A stretch of DNA of 39,960 bases from a virus. Lineage: Duplodnaviria; Caudoviricetes. Position numbers and translations under genes: made by a program. Each line of letters starts with the position of its first letter. The stretch's first letter is position 1. The stretch spans positions 1-39,960 of IMG/VR virus record IMGVR_UViG_3300008255_000053; one strand, 5' to 3'. The notes under the pieces were generated by a model that saw only the letters and a program-made list of their open reading frames with translations, had not been told where the DNA came from and made no database searches. Shown here piece by piece: positions 1 through 7,595 of the stretch.

Positions 1-123
1 AAGAATCTAAATATAACTAGTATGAAATCAAATTTGTTTATCGACCTAGCAATAGTGGTCACAGTAGTTTCATTGGTAATCTTGTGTGTTACTTTCTTTT
101 CAATAGCGACAAACACACACACT
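1..123. repeat. Terminal direct repeat copy 1 (circular assembly overlap)
   Basis: Identical to 39838-39960; ORFs read through the junction. Confidence 0.95.
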
Positions 124-237
124 TATGCAATCATGCAATCAGCACAAAACTATGAAGAATGTGTTAAGCGTGAAAGTGGATTCACACCTATTCAATTCAA
201 GACATTAACAGGTAGTGAGTTTGGTATTTGTAATTAG
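22..237 (+). CDS. Small membrane protein
   Basis: 71 aa with an N-terminal hydrophobic helix; TAGTATG stop-start coupling. Confidence 0.7.
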   Translation: MKSNLFIDLAIVVTVVSLVILCVTFFSIATNTHTYAIMQSAQNYEECVKRESGFTPIQFKTLTGSEFGICN

Positions 238-238
238 T

Positions 239-688
239 ATGAAAAGAGAAATAAAATTTAGAGCGTGGAGTACAGTTACGAAATCATTTACAGACGCTTT
301 TGTATTTGATGTCTCTACTGGTGTGTTAACACCAGCAACAAAAAGTTGTATCCTCACACAATACACAGGACTCAAAGACAAGAATGGTAAGGAGGTATAT
401 GAGGGGGACATAGTGACTGGAGTTGTTAAAGCACCACAGCTCCTTACTGGCGACACTGACGAAAACTGCAACACAAAAATGGGTGGAGTCGTATTCTACG
501 ACTATTGTGGATTTTCCCTAGACTGCCAACATACGCAATATCTGTGTGATGGAGACAGAGAAGGGATGTGTAACTACTTTAGCTTTATTGACACTTACGA
601 TGGTGACTTTGGCGAAATGGAAATCATCGGCAACATATACGAAGACGGGCATTTGTTGGAAGGTCAGGGTTCTCGTGATAAAATGTAG
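239..688 (+). CDS. YopX family protein
   Basis: MKREIKFRAW, QYTGLKDKNGKEVYEGDIV and EIIGNIYE motifs; start moved to ATG 239. Confidence 0.9.
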   Translation: MKREIKFRAWSTVTKSFTDAFVFDVSTGVLTPATKSCILTQYTGLKDKNGKEVYEGDIVTGVVKAPQLLTGDTDENCNTKMGGVVFYDYCGFSLDCQHTQYLCDGDREGMCNYFSFIDTYDGDFGEMEIIGNIYEDGHLLEGQGSRDKM

Positions 689-691
689 TAT

Positions 692-1162
692 GTGGCTAAA
701 AGAGGAACAAAAGAATGGAAAGAAAAGATTGGAAGCGCTAATCGGGGAATTTGGGTTGAGTACCAATGCGACTATTGTGGTAAAGACAATAGTGAAAAAC
801 AGTCTCACTTCAACCGTAAGCAACGCCACTTCTGCAACAATCAATGCTACGGACGTTATCGCGAAGAGATTATGCCTCCTCATGAACAAAATACTTGGAA
901 AGGCGGTATCACCAAAATTACTCAAAGAGGTAGAGGAGGTAAAAAATACAAGATTTGGCAACAGATGGTATTCAAACGTGATGGGTATGCATGTGTATGG
1001 TGTGGAGGGAATGAAAGGCTGGAAGCTGACCACATTAAAAGGTGGAGTACCCACGAAGAACTCCGTTATGAGTTATCCAACGGACGAACACTCTGTATGA
1101 AATGCCACAACAAAACTCGAAACAAGAAATATTACGAGAACCCAGAACTCTTAACCAATTAG
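692..1162 (+). CDS. HNH endonuclease with N-terminal Zn-binding DNA-binding module
   Basis: CDYC..FCNNQC, WKGG, VFKRDGYACVWC, ADHIK, NGRTLCMKCH. Confidence 0.9.
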   Translation: MAKRGTKEWKEKIGSANRGIWVEYQCDYCGKDNSEKQSHFNRKQRHFCNNQCYGRYREEIMPPHEQNTWKGGITKITQRGRGGKKYKIWQQMVFKRDGYACVWCGGNERLEADHIKRWSTHEELRYELSNGRTLCMKCHNKTRNKKYYENPELLTN

Positions 1163-1163
1163 T

Positions 1164-1328
1164 ATGAAAAACTTTGCCACATACCAAAGAGGACGAGAGC
1201 AAATAAAGCTCGCAAGAACCATACGCGCAAAGGAAATGAAATACAGGTACGTGTTCAAGAATAACTTAATAGAGATAATGTTCTTTGCAACTGTGGCATC
1301 GACATCATTAGCAGGTATAACAATGTAA
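1164..1328 (+). CDS. Small hypothetical protein (54 aa, hydrophobic C-terminus)
   Basis: Manually translated ORF MKNFATYQRG..., tightly packed between neighbours. Confidence 0.55.
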   Translation: MKNFATYQRGREQIKLARTIRAKEMKYRYVFKNNLIEIMFFATVASTSLAGITM

Positions 1329-1329
1329 T

Positions 1330-1428
1330 ATGAAGGAATTTATGGACAAACTATTAGAAGACGCAATTCAACTTGAGAAAGATGCTACGGAGCTACGCGA
1401 GAGTTGTGAGGTGGTAATGTTTAATTAG
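1330..1428 (+). CDS. Small hypothetical protein (32 aa)
   Basis: Manual ORF MKEFMDKLLE..., 1 nt after the previous stop. Confidence 0.4.
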   Translation: MKEFMDKLLEDAIQLEKDATELRESCEVVMFN

Positions 1429-1461
1429 TAAGAACATTAAAAGTTAATATAAAATAGTATT

Positions 1462-2067
1462 ATGGAGAAGATTAAAAAAGCATACACAGACATATTTAAG
1501 GTCTGCGACAAATATGCAAAAGAGGAGTACCTTACTGATTTTGAGTTTGAAGATGTAAGGAATATGAGAGATAAGGCGAAAAATCATTTATTGATAATAG
1601 ACTGGTATGAAAAATACGGGTTAGATATTAAGCACGACAGACAGCTCTTTGGATACAACTTTGTAAAAATGGACGACTACACAAGTTTTTCTTATTTTGA
1701 AGATGCAAAAAAGGAAAAAGAAGAAGGATATGGTCGTTACATATCTTGGAGTGATGATGATAGGCAACCTAAAAATGAGTGGTTATTCGTAATCAATTTT
1801 TCAACAGGTGCTTATATTTTCGGCGATGACTATCCAACTGAATTATTCCAAGAATTTTGGCAAGAACTAAAGAGTTATAAACCAAAATATTGCGACACAA
1901 CCAACGGAGGTCTTTATTTCTCAATAGATTCTGCGAAAAACATATTTGAAGACTTCCCTGAAATTCTGAAAAAATATCACGAGAAAAATCGTGAAGATGC
2001 AAAGTTACGCAAGATAAAGAAAATGAAAAAGGAATTAAAGGAACTAGAGTCAATAACCCCCCATTAA
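1462..2067 (+). CDS. Hypothetical protein
   Basis: 201 aa ORF with an AT-rich leader. Confidence 0.8.
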   Translation: MEKIKKAYTDIFKVCDKYAKEEYLTDFEFEDVRNMRDKAKNHLLIIDWYEKYGLDIKHDRQLFGYNFVKMDDYTSFSYFEDAKKEKEEGYGRYISWSDDDRQPKNEWLFVINFSTGAYIFGDDYPTELFQEFWQELKSYKPKYCDTTNGGLYFSIDSAKNIFEDFPEILKKYHEKNREDAKLRKIKKMKKELKELESITPH

Positions 2068-2086
2068 AAGTAATAAGTAAGAAGAT

Positions 2087-2242
2087 ATGACCGAAATAAA
2101 AGAACTACAAAATGACATAGAAGTATACGACATGGGTATAGATGATGCTGTGAAGGAGATTAAAAAGCAGCTTAAAGCTATAGAAGACTTCCAGCAGTGG
2201 AAGAAGGGAGCGAAGGAGAGTATTAAGAGTTTAGATGAGTAA
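2087..2242 (+). CDS. Small coiled-coil hypothetical protein (51 aa)
   Basis: Manual ORF MTEIKELQND... filling the gap. Confidence 0.6.
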   Translation: MTEIKELQNDIEVYDMGIDDAVKEIKKQLKAIEDFQQWKKGAKESIKSLDE

Positions 2243-2244
2243 TT

Positions 2245-2802
2245 ATGAAGATTTTAGTAGCGTGTGAAGAAAGCCAAGTAGTATGTAAAGCCTTTAGAGA
2301 TAAAGGGCATGAAGCATATTCGTGTGACACCTTACCTTGTAGTGGAGGTAAACCAGAGTGGCATATACAAGGTGATGTACTAGAACAATTTGATAAAGGA
2401 TGGGACATGATGATTGCACACCCACCCTGCACACATTTAGCTGTGAGTGGTGCTAGACATTTCAAAGAAAAGATTGCTGACGGAAGACAACAGGAAGGTA
2501 TAGATTTTTTCATGAAGCTAATAAACGCTCCCATAGAAAAGATATGTGTAGAAAATCCTGTGTGTATTATGAGCACGAAATATAAAAAGCCCAGTCAAAT
2601 AATTCAACCTTGGCAGTATGGGCATGGAGAAACAAAAGCAACCTGTTTATGGCTAAAGAATCTACCCTTACTAGAACCTACTAATATAGTTAAAGGTCGA
2701 GATAACAGAATACATAAAATGCCACCTGGACTAGACAGAGCACGTCTCAGAAGTGTTACTTATCAAGGAATAGCTAATGCTATGGCAGACCAATGGAGTT
2801 AA
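2245..2802 (+). CDS. Phage DNA cytosine methyltransferase-like protein
   Basis: MKILVACEES SAM-binding-like start, catalytic-type AHPPCT, ENP motif. Confidence 0.8.
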   Translation: MKILVACEESQVVCKAFRDKGHEAYSCDTLPCSGGKPEWHIQGDVLEQFDKGWDMMIAHPPCTHLAVSGARHFKEKIADGRQQEGIDFFMKLINAPIEKICVENPVCIMSTKYKKPSQIIQPWQYGHGETKATCLWLKNLPLLEPTNIVKGRDNRIHKMPPGLDRARLRSVTYQGIANAMADQWS

Positions 2803-2812
2803 TCATCTAACC

Positions 2813-3028
2813 ATGCTAACCACACAACAAAAGTCCATGATACGAAGCAATCCTATTAAGGCATTAGTAGGTGCTTACGAACATGGAAACGATACTGTAC
2901 TCGACTATGCTTTGAGTGTAGCTACCGAGCCACAGAAGATTAAAGCTAGGCAAAAAGCTGTGTTTGCTGGATATGAATTGGATGTGTTGGCTAGCGATGT
3001 CGGAATGCACTGGAGTGATACTAGATAA
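2813..3028 (+). CDS. Hypothetical protein
   Basis: ORF from ATG 2813 (MLTTQQK...). Confidence 0.6.
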   Translation: MLTTQQKSMIRSNPIKALVGAYEHGNDTVLDYALSVATEPQKIKARQKAVFAGYELDVLASDVGMHWSDTR

Positions 3029-3029
3029 C

Positions 3030-3090
3030 TGTTGATAACTCACTTTGCACTTACATACACATGTTAAAATCAAGTAAAGACATTAGAAGT
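3030..3090 (+). promoter_or_regulatory. Promoter with DnaA-box-like element
   Basis: TGTTGATAA at 3030-3038; extended -10 TGnTAAAAT at 3062-3070. Confidence 0.5.
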
Positions 3091-3104
3091 AAAATATAAA
3101 TTAT

Positions 3105-3500
3105 ATGAAACCAGAACTATTACAAGCAATCCAAACAGTGCGCGACAACATGAAAAGTGTTGCTAGAAATGCCAGCGGATACAACTATAAGTACACAGAC
3201 TTGCCGCACCTATGGGATAGTATAGATGAAACTATAACCAAGGCAGGATTTACTATTGTGAACACTTGCGACGGAGAAAATATAGTCACAGCCGCAGTTC
3301 ATGAAGCAGGAGAAATCTCTAGTAAAATACCTTTGAGTTTTGCTAAAGGAAACTCCCCACAGGAATTAGGTAGCGCAGTGACCTACTTCCGCAGGTACAA
3401 TCTACTAATGCTTTTCAATGTTATGACAGAAGACGACGATGGTGCTAAATCACAGAAGTCAGCAGAAAAGGTTACTAACAAAGAAGACTTTGGTCTTTAA
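3105..3500 (+). CDS. erf: ERF superfamily ssDNA-annealing protein
   Basis: YNYKYTDL and PQELGSAVTYFRRYNL...EDDDG signature. Confidence 0.9.
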   Translation: MKPELLQAIQTVRDNMKSVARNASGYNYKYTDLPHLWDSIDETITKAGFTIVNTCDGENIVTAAVHEAGEISSKIPLSFAKGNSPQELGSAVTYFRRYNLLMLFNVMTEDDDGAKSQKSAEKVTNKEDFGL

Positions 3501-3513
3501 TAATAAAATAAAT

Positions 3514-3819
3514 ATGTATAAAAACTTTAACATCTTCAAAAACACAAATAAGACATCGGAGAACCAACCAGACTATAAAATCAGTGTATCTGAGAAACTT
3601 GCAGACGGCTCTTTCAAGAACAAAGAAGCTGGCGCATGTTGGTTAAAGCCGATGCGAGACGGTAGCAAGTTCATGAGTTGCCAATTAAAAGACGCGCGAG
3701 AACACGAGGGGGTACAATATGCTGGATTCAGTATGCAAGAAGATAATGGTGGAGTACCTACTAGGATAGAGCAACTAGCGGAAATGGACGACGATGGTGA
3801 TTCTTCAATTCCTTTTTAG
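3514..3819 (+). CDS. ssDNA-binding-like protein
   Basis: FKNTNKTSENQPDY, GACW, acidic tail ending DSSIPF; directly follows ERF. Confidence 0.7.
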   Translation: MYKNFNIFKNTNKTSENQPDYKISVSEKLADGSFKNKEAGACWLKPMRDGSKFMSCQLKDAREHEGVQYAGFSMQEDNGGVPTRIEQLAEMDDDGDSSIPF

Positions 3820-3836
3820 CAACTAACAAATAAAAC

Positions 3837-4538
3837 ATGGAAAAAATAACATTAAAAGATGAACAAGGAGTAGCATACGAAGTAGAAGTATCTGCTCTTA
3901 AAAAAGTAGAGGATAAGAAGAAAGCAATAACTTTTGAATTAAAAACATTTGGTGGAGAAGTAAGATTTTCCTCTACTACTGCTACTACACAGCGTGAAGC
4001 TATATTAGAAGCTGTTGCTAGTGGTGCTTACCTTAGTGGTGCTGACCTTAGTGGTGCTGACCTTCGTGATGCTGACCTTAGTGGTGCTGACCTTCGTGAT
4101 GCTGACCTTAGTGATGCTGACCTTAGTGGTGCTGACCTTCGTGATGCTGACCTTAGTGATGCTGACCTTAGTGGTGCTGACCTTAGTGGTGCTTACCTTA
4201 GTGGTGCTGACCTTCGTGATGCTGACCTTAGTGGTGCTTACCTTAGTGGTGCTGACCTTCGTGATGCTGACCTTAGTGATGCTGACCTTAGTGGTGCTTA
4301 CCTTAGTGGTGCTGACCTTAGTGATGCTGACCTTAGTGGTGCTGACCTTAGTGGTGCTGACCTTCGTGATGCTGACCTTAGTGATGCTGACCTTAGTGGT
4401 GCTGACCTTAGTGGTGCTTACCTTAGTGGTGCTGAATTATGCAATGCAAAGTTCTACGGCAAAGGAGGAACACAAAAACTAAAAAAGTCACAGTTACCTG
4501 ACTTCTTAGCGGCACTAGGATTCATAATAGAAGACTAA
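3837..4538 (+). CDS. Pentapeptide repeat protein
   Basis: A(D/Y)L(S/R)(G/D) repeats. Confidence 0.95.
   Translation: MEKITLKDEQGVAYEVEVSALKKVEDKKKAITFELKTFGGEVRFSSTTATTQREAILEAVASGAYLSGADLSGADLRDADLSGADLRDADLSDADLSGADLRDADLSDADLSGADLSGAYLSGADLRDADLSGAYLSGADLRDADLSDADLSGAYLSGADLSDADLSGADLSGADLRDADLSDADLSGADLSGAYLSGAELCNAKFYGKGGTQKLKKSQLPDFLAALGFIIED
4026..4430 (+). repeat. 27 x 15-bp tandem repeat GCT(G/T)ACCTT(A/C)GTG(G/A)T
   Basis: Read directly from the sequence. Confidence 0.95.
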
Positions 4539-4548
4539 TAATTAAAAT

Positions 4549-4929
4549 ATGTTTACAAAACCAAAACACAAAATAGGAGATACAGTATACATTATTATAG
4601 AAAACGGTGTAGATGCTGACGTATATAAAACAGAAGTCGAGAGTTACGAATTTAGTTTGAGTGAGGGATGGTACGTAAGAGTGAGAAAGATATGGACTAA
4701 TGTTAACATGTTTTTATTTCACTGGGACGAAGTTTCTAAAGACACACTAATTCACAATTCCAGCGTCTTCTCTAGCGAAGAAGACGCAAAGGAACACGCA
4801 GAGACAGTTGCTGAGGAGCTTGTTGAATCGGCAAAGGTTGAAAAAATAAAGCAACTCACCGAGTCTATAAAGTTGACAGAAGCTAAGTTAGCCGAAGACA
4901 AGAAGGAACTCTCAAAGCTTAGCAAGTAG
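4549..4929 (+). CDS. Hypothetical protein
   Basis: KHKIGDTVY SH3-like start; coiled-coil C-terminus. Confidence 0.75.
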   Translation: MFTKPKHKIGDTVYIIIENGVDADVYKTEVESYEFSLSEGWYVRVRKIWTNVNMFLFHWDEVSKDTLIHNSSVFSSEEDAKEHAETVAEELVESAKVEKIKQLTESIKLTEAKLAEDKKELSKLSK

Positions 4930-4932
4930 CCT

Positions 4933-5205
4933 ATGAAACACTCACTGAAAGCCAGACTCCTAACATACCTTGAAAGGAATGGGGGCTGGTTTGCCAGTGG
5001 TGAATTGGAAAAGCTAGCAATCAAACATGGTTACACAGGTAGTACCGCTACACGTAACCTAAGAAAGTTAGCAGAGGAAGAAAAAATAGAAGTAGAGCAT
5101 CGTGGCAAAAGTCGTCATGCGTTCTACAAAGCAAAAACTTATAAGCCAGTGCAACGTGGGTACCTTGACGAGAAAAGAGGTGTCTATGTTGTAGTAAATA
5201 GATAG
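4933..5205 (+). CDS. Winged-helix DNA-binding protein
   Basis: Helix pattern ...GSTATRNLRKLAEEEKIEV followed by a beta wing. Confidence 0.65.
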   Translation: MKHSLKARLLTYLERNGGWFASGELEKLAIKHGYTGSTATRNLRKLAEEEKIEVEHRGKSRHAFYKAKTYKPVQRGYLDEKRGVYVVVNR

Positions 5206-5207
5206 AT

Positions 5208-5543
5208 ATGTTCCAACTAACAGGATACTTCACACGTTTTGGTTCCAAATCTGACGGGTCTGCGTCACTATCATTTAACACACAAGAGTTGAACGGCGAG
5301 GACTTCGCTACACTTAAACAGCACCAAAACCTATTCGGATATATCATGTTCTCTGAAAACAAGTTTACAGACAGCGACCTACCAAAAGAACAAGCCGAAG
5401 ATAAGAATAAGACACCGAGCAAGAGACTACGTTCAGTGCTGTTCATTCTTTGGCAACAAGAAGGTTCCGAAGGTGACTTCGAAGTGTGGTATCGTGACAG
5501 AATGGAGAAACTGATAGACAAGATTAAAGCGAAGTTAGATTAG
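5208..5543 (+). CDS. Hypothetical protein
   Basis: 111 aa; KTPSKRLRSVLF motif. Confidence 0.75.
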   Translation: MFQLTGYFTRFGSKSDGSASLSFNTQELNGEDFATLKQHQNLFGYIMFSENKFTDSDLPKEQAEDKNKTPSKRLRSVLFILWQQEGSEGDFEVWYRDRMEKLIDKIKAKLD

Positions 5544-5560
5544 AAGTAGTATACTTATAT

Positions 5561-5631
5561 AGTCCTCCACAAAGAAAGGAGGTGGTCTAGAATCTAGGGC
5601 GCATGTCTTAACTGATGTGCGCCCTTTATTT
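5561..5631 (+). ncRNA. Candidate small RNA (or 3' UTR element) complementary to the 16S rRNA 3' end
   Basis: TATACT at 5550-5555, AGAAAGGAGGTGGTCTAG at 5573-5590, then a terminator; no properly spaced ORF. Confidence 0.55.
5596..5631 (+). terminator. Intrinsic terminator
   Basis: 12-bp stem AGGGCGCATGTC/GATGTGCGCCCT followed by TTATTT. Confidence 0.8.
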
Positions 5632-5679
5632 ATCCCCATCTATACATGTTGCTTTTTTGTAACCTAGTATAATTAGTAT

Positions 5680-6378
5680 GTGAACGGCAAAGAAAAAAAG
5701 AATGTTAAGTATTGCCAAAAATGTGGTAATACAAACACTAAAGTATTGCACGTAAACTCCCGTACGGTTCTAAAGAGTGGAAATACAAAATTAAGTTACT
5801 TATGTAGGACTTGTAATAACCTTCGAGCGAAAGAATACTATAATAAAAATAAAGACACAAAAAAAATGCTAGAAAAGAAAAGCATGTACGCTCTCAGTAG
5901 AAAAAAAAGATTAAAAGCTCTTAGTTTACTAAAAACCTACATCTCCAAAGGTTTAGTAATTATTCCAAAAATATGTGATGAGTGCGAATCAAGGGGCGTT
6001 CTGAAACCAAATCATATAGACTACAGCGAACCGTTAAAAGTTTCTTGGTTATGTTCTGAATGTTCACAAATATTTACTTTCAGAAACAAAAGAGAGTACA
6101 TTACATGTAAAACATGTAGTTTCAAATACAAGTATACAGATATATGTATGTTCTGTGCGGACGAGAGTAAGAAAATAAAAAAAGACGTACGGGCTAATCG
6201 TGTAAAAGACTTCTTAGACGAGTATATTTTCCATGATGATAGGGATATAGCTTTACTCGTAGCTACATGTTCCAGCACTAAGGGTGTTAAGTCATTTTTT
6301 AAATATCCTTCTCAAGAACTAGAAGATAAGATAGAAGAAATCCACGCACGATTTAAATACTTTATGAAACACAACTAA
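5680..6378 (+). CDS. Multi-Zn-finger protein with a degenerate HNH-like domain
   Basis: Six CxxC pairs; NHIDYSEPLKVSWLCSECS; TATAAT at 5668-5673 just upstream (leaderless). Confidence 0.7.
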   Translation: MNGKEKKNVKYCQKCGNTNTKVLHVNSRTVLKSGNTKLSYLCRTCNNLRAKEYYNKNKDTKKMLEKKSMYALSRKKRLKALSLLKTYISKGLVIIPKICDECESRGVLKPNHIDYSEPLKVSWLCSECSQIFTFRNKREYITCKTCSFKYKYTDICMFCADESKKIKKDVRANRVKDFLDEYIFHDDRDIALLVATCSSTKGVKSFFKYPSQELEDKIEEIHARFKYFMKHN

Positions 6379-6419
6379 AAACAGTCCCAGAAGCGCGAAG
6401 CAAGAGGGACTGTCTTTTT
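6377..6419. terminator. Bidirectional terminator between the convergent genome arms
   Basis: AAAAACAGTCCC...GGGACTGTCTTTTT. Confidence 0.85.
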
Positions 6420-6509
6420 AGAAAGCGTAGAGTGTTAGATTTACGTTGTTTACATCTTTACTTTGTACGCTTCTAGTATTATTACACCTACATTGTGAAT
6501 GTAAATGTT

Positions 6510-6788
6510 TTATTCTGTGGACAACTCCTTCTTAGAAAGAGAACGTCCTTGTGAATATAGACCTGATGCACTAAGTCCTACGATGATACCTGACAATACA
6601 GCTTGAGTGGTATCTAGGTTGGTAAAGAACACGCCGCCGATAATACCGAATAGGAGTGCAAATAGGGGAAGAAGTCTGTCGTGTTTTTCTTTTGGTAAGA
6701 GTCGTCTTACTACTTCCACAAGCCCTATCGTCACTGGAATAAGTCCTACTAAGATAGGGGTTAATTCTACTACTGTTGTTTCAATCAT
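6510..6788 (-). CDS. Holin
   Basis: Three hydrophobic segments, GLSASGLYS motif, adjacent to the endolysin. Confidence 0.85.
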   Translation of the reverse strand: MIETTVVELTPILVGLIPVTIGLVEVVRRLLPKEKHDRLLPLFALLFGIIGGVFFTNLDTTQAVLSGIIVGLSASGLYSQGRSLSKKELSTE

Positions 6789-7408
6789 GATTTTAATTTA
6801 ATTTGTAACTTTAATAATTCCACTACTTTTGTAGCGGCTACTACAATTTGTTTCAATATTTTGCGTTGCCCATCTTTCGACCAATCAACGCAACCATTGA
6901 AACCATTATTGTAGTCACGAATCTGAACATACTTACCATTAAACTGAAGGGGTTGCCATTGATAATTATATAGCGGAATTTTAGTCAGCTCATCTACAAG
7001 TTCACATTCTCGTTTCTGTACATGACGGTGGTGTCCTCGTGTGTCTCCTGCATCTTGCATTGACTTAGTAATGCGTATACCACCAGCATAGACTTCTCCT
7101 TTGTTGCTTTCTAATCCGATAACATCTGTGGTTTCGTACCACTTGCCTTCAGTTGCCAACGTAACACAGTGGCCATACAGCCATTCATGGCCTTCTTCAT
7201 CTATGCCAAAAACTCCCGTGAAGCCACTGCCATCGTTCGCAATCTGGTTTGTGCCGTCTAGTACCTTATACACGTATATGCGGCGTTCTGGGTATATTTT
7301 TGAGCCAAATCCGCACACTATATCCCTCCCCGTGTGTCCTTTAAGACCTTCACGGCTATATGCACCGTTTGCGTTTTCTCCAAAGCCTTGTGTAGTTGTG
7401 CAGGTCAT
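6785..7408 (-). CDS. M23 family peptidase endolysin
   Basis: QGFG, HTGRD (HxxxD), YGH, HRH (HxH). Confidence 0.8.
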   Translation of the reverse strand: MTCTTTQGFGENANGAYSREGLKGHTGRDIVCGFGSKIYPERRIYVYKVLDGTNQIANDGSGFTGVFGIDEEGHEWLYGHCVTLATEGKWYETTDVIGLESNKGEVYAGGIRITKSMQDAGDTRGHHRHVQKRECELVDELTKIPLYNYQWQPLQFNGKYVQIRDYNNGFNGCVDWSKDGQRKILKQIVVAATKVVELLKLQIKLKS

Positions 7409-7448
7409 AGTGTTGACAGTGTGGGTATTAGGTGTTTAATGATTGGAT

Positions 7449-7595
7449 ATGGCATATTTTATTGCAGCAATTGTTGTACTTGCTATCTTATCAACTATCG
7501 TCGATTCGCGTCATCAGCGTCCCCGCGAAAAATCTCAGAAAGCACCTGAATGGTTGCCGCGCGCGTTGGTTCGTCAATGGTACGAAGAACATTAG
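7449..7595 (+). CDS. Candidate antisense single-TM small protein (48 aa)
   Basis: MAYFIAAIVVLAILSTIV...; TTGACA-16-TTTAAT promoter directly upstream. Confidence 0.5.
   Translation: MAYFIAAIVVLAILSTIVDSRHQRPREKSQKAPEWLPRALVRQWYEEH

Noticed and set aside
1-123. Biological terminal repeat
   Set aside because: It cuts through ORFs and has a k-mer-like length; best read as a circular assembly overlap
546-1100. 184-aa overlapping ORF, and antisense ORF 518-1054
   Set aside because: They overlap well-supported YopX and HNH genes and have no recognisable motifs
640-1130. Group I intron in yopX
   Set aside because: The HNH ORF fills the interval and I could not see P/Q/R/S core elements
1430-2080. 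Stalk around ORF 1462-2067
   Set aside because: The flanks share only a short AT-rich direct repeat (CATTAAAAGT); I found no inverted partner
4026-4430. CRISPR array or DGR template/variable repeat
   Set aside because: No spacers, in-frame coding repeat, and no reverse transcriptase in the genome
4015-4482. Hydrophobic repeat ORF (MLTLVV...)
   Set aside because: Alternative frame of the pentapeptide repeat
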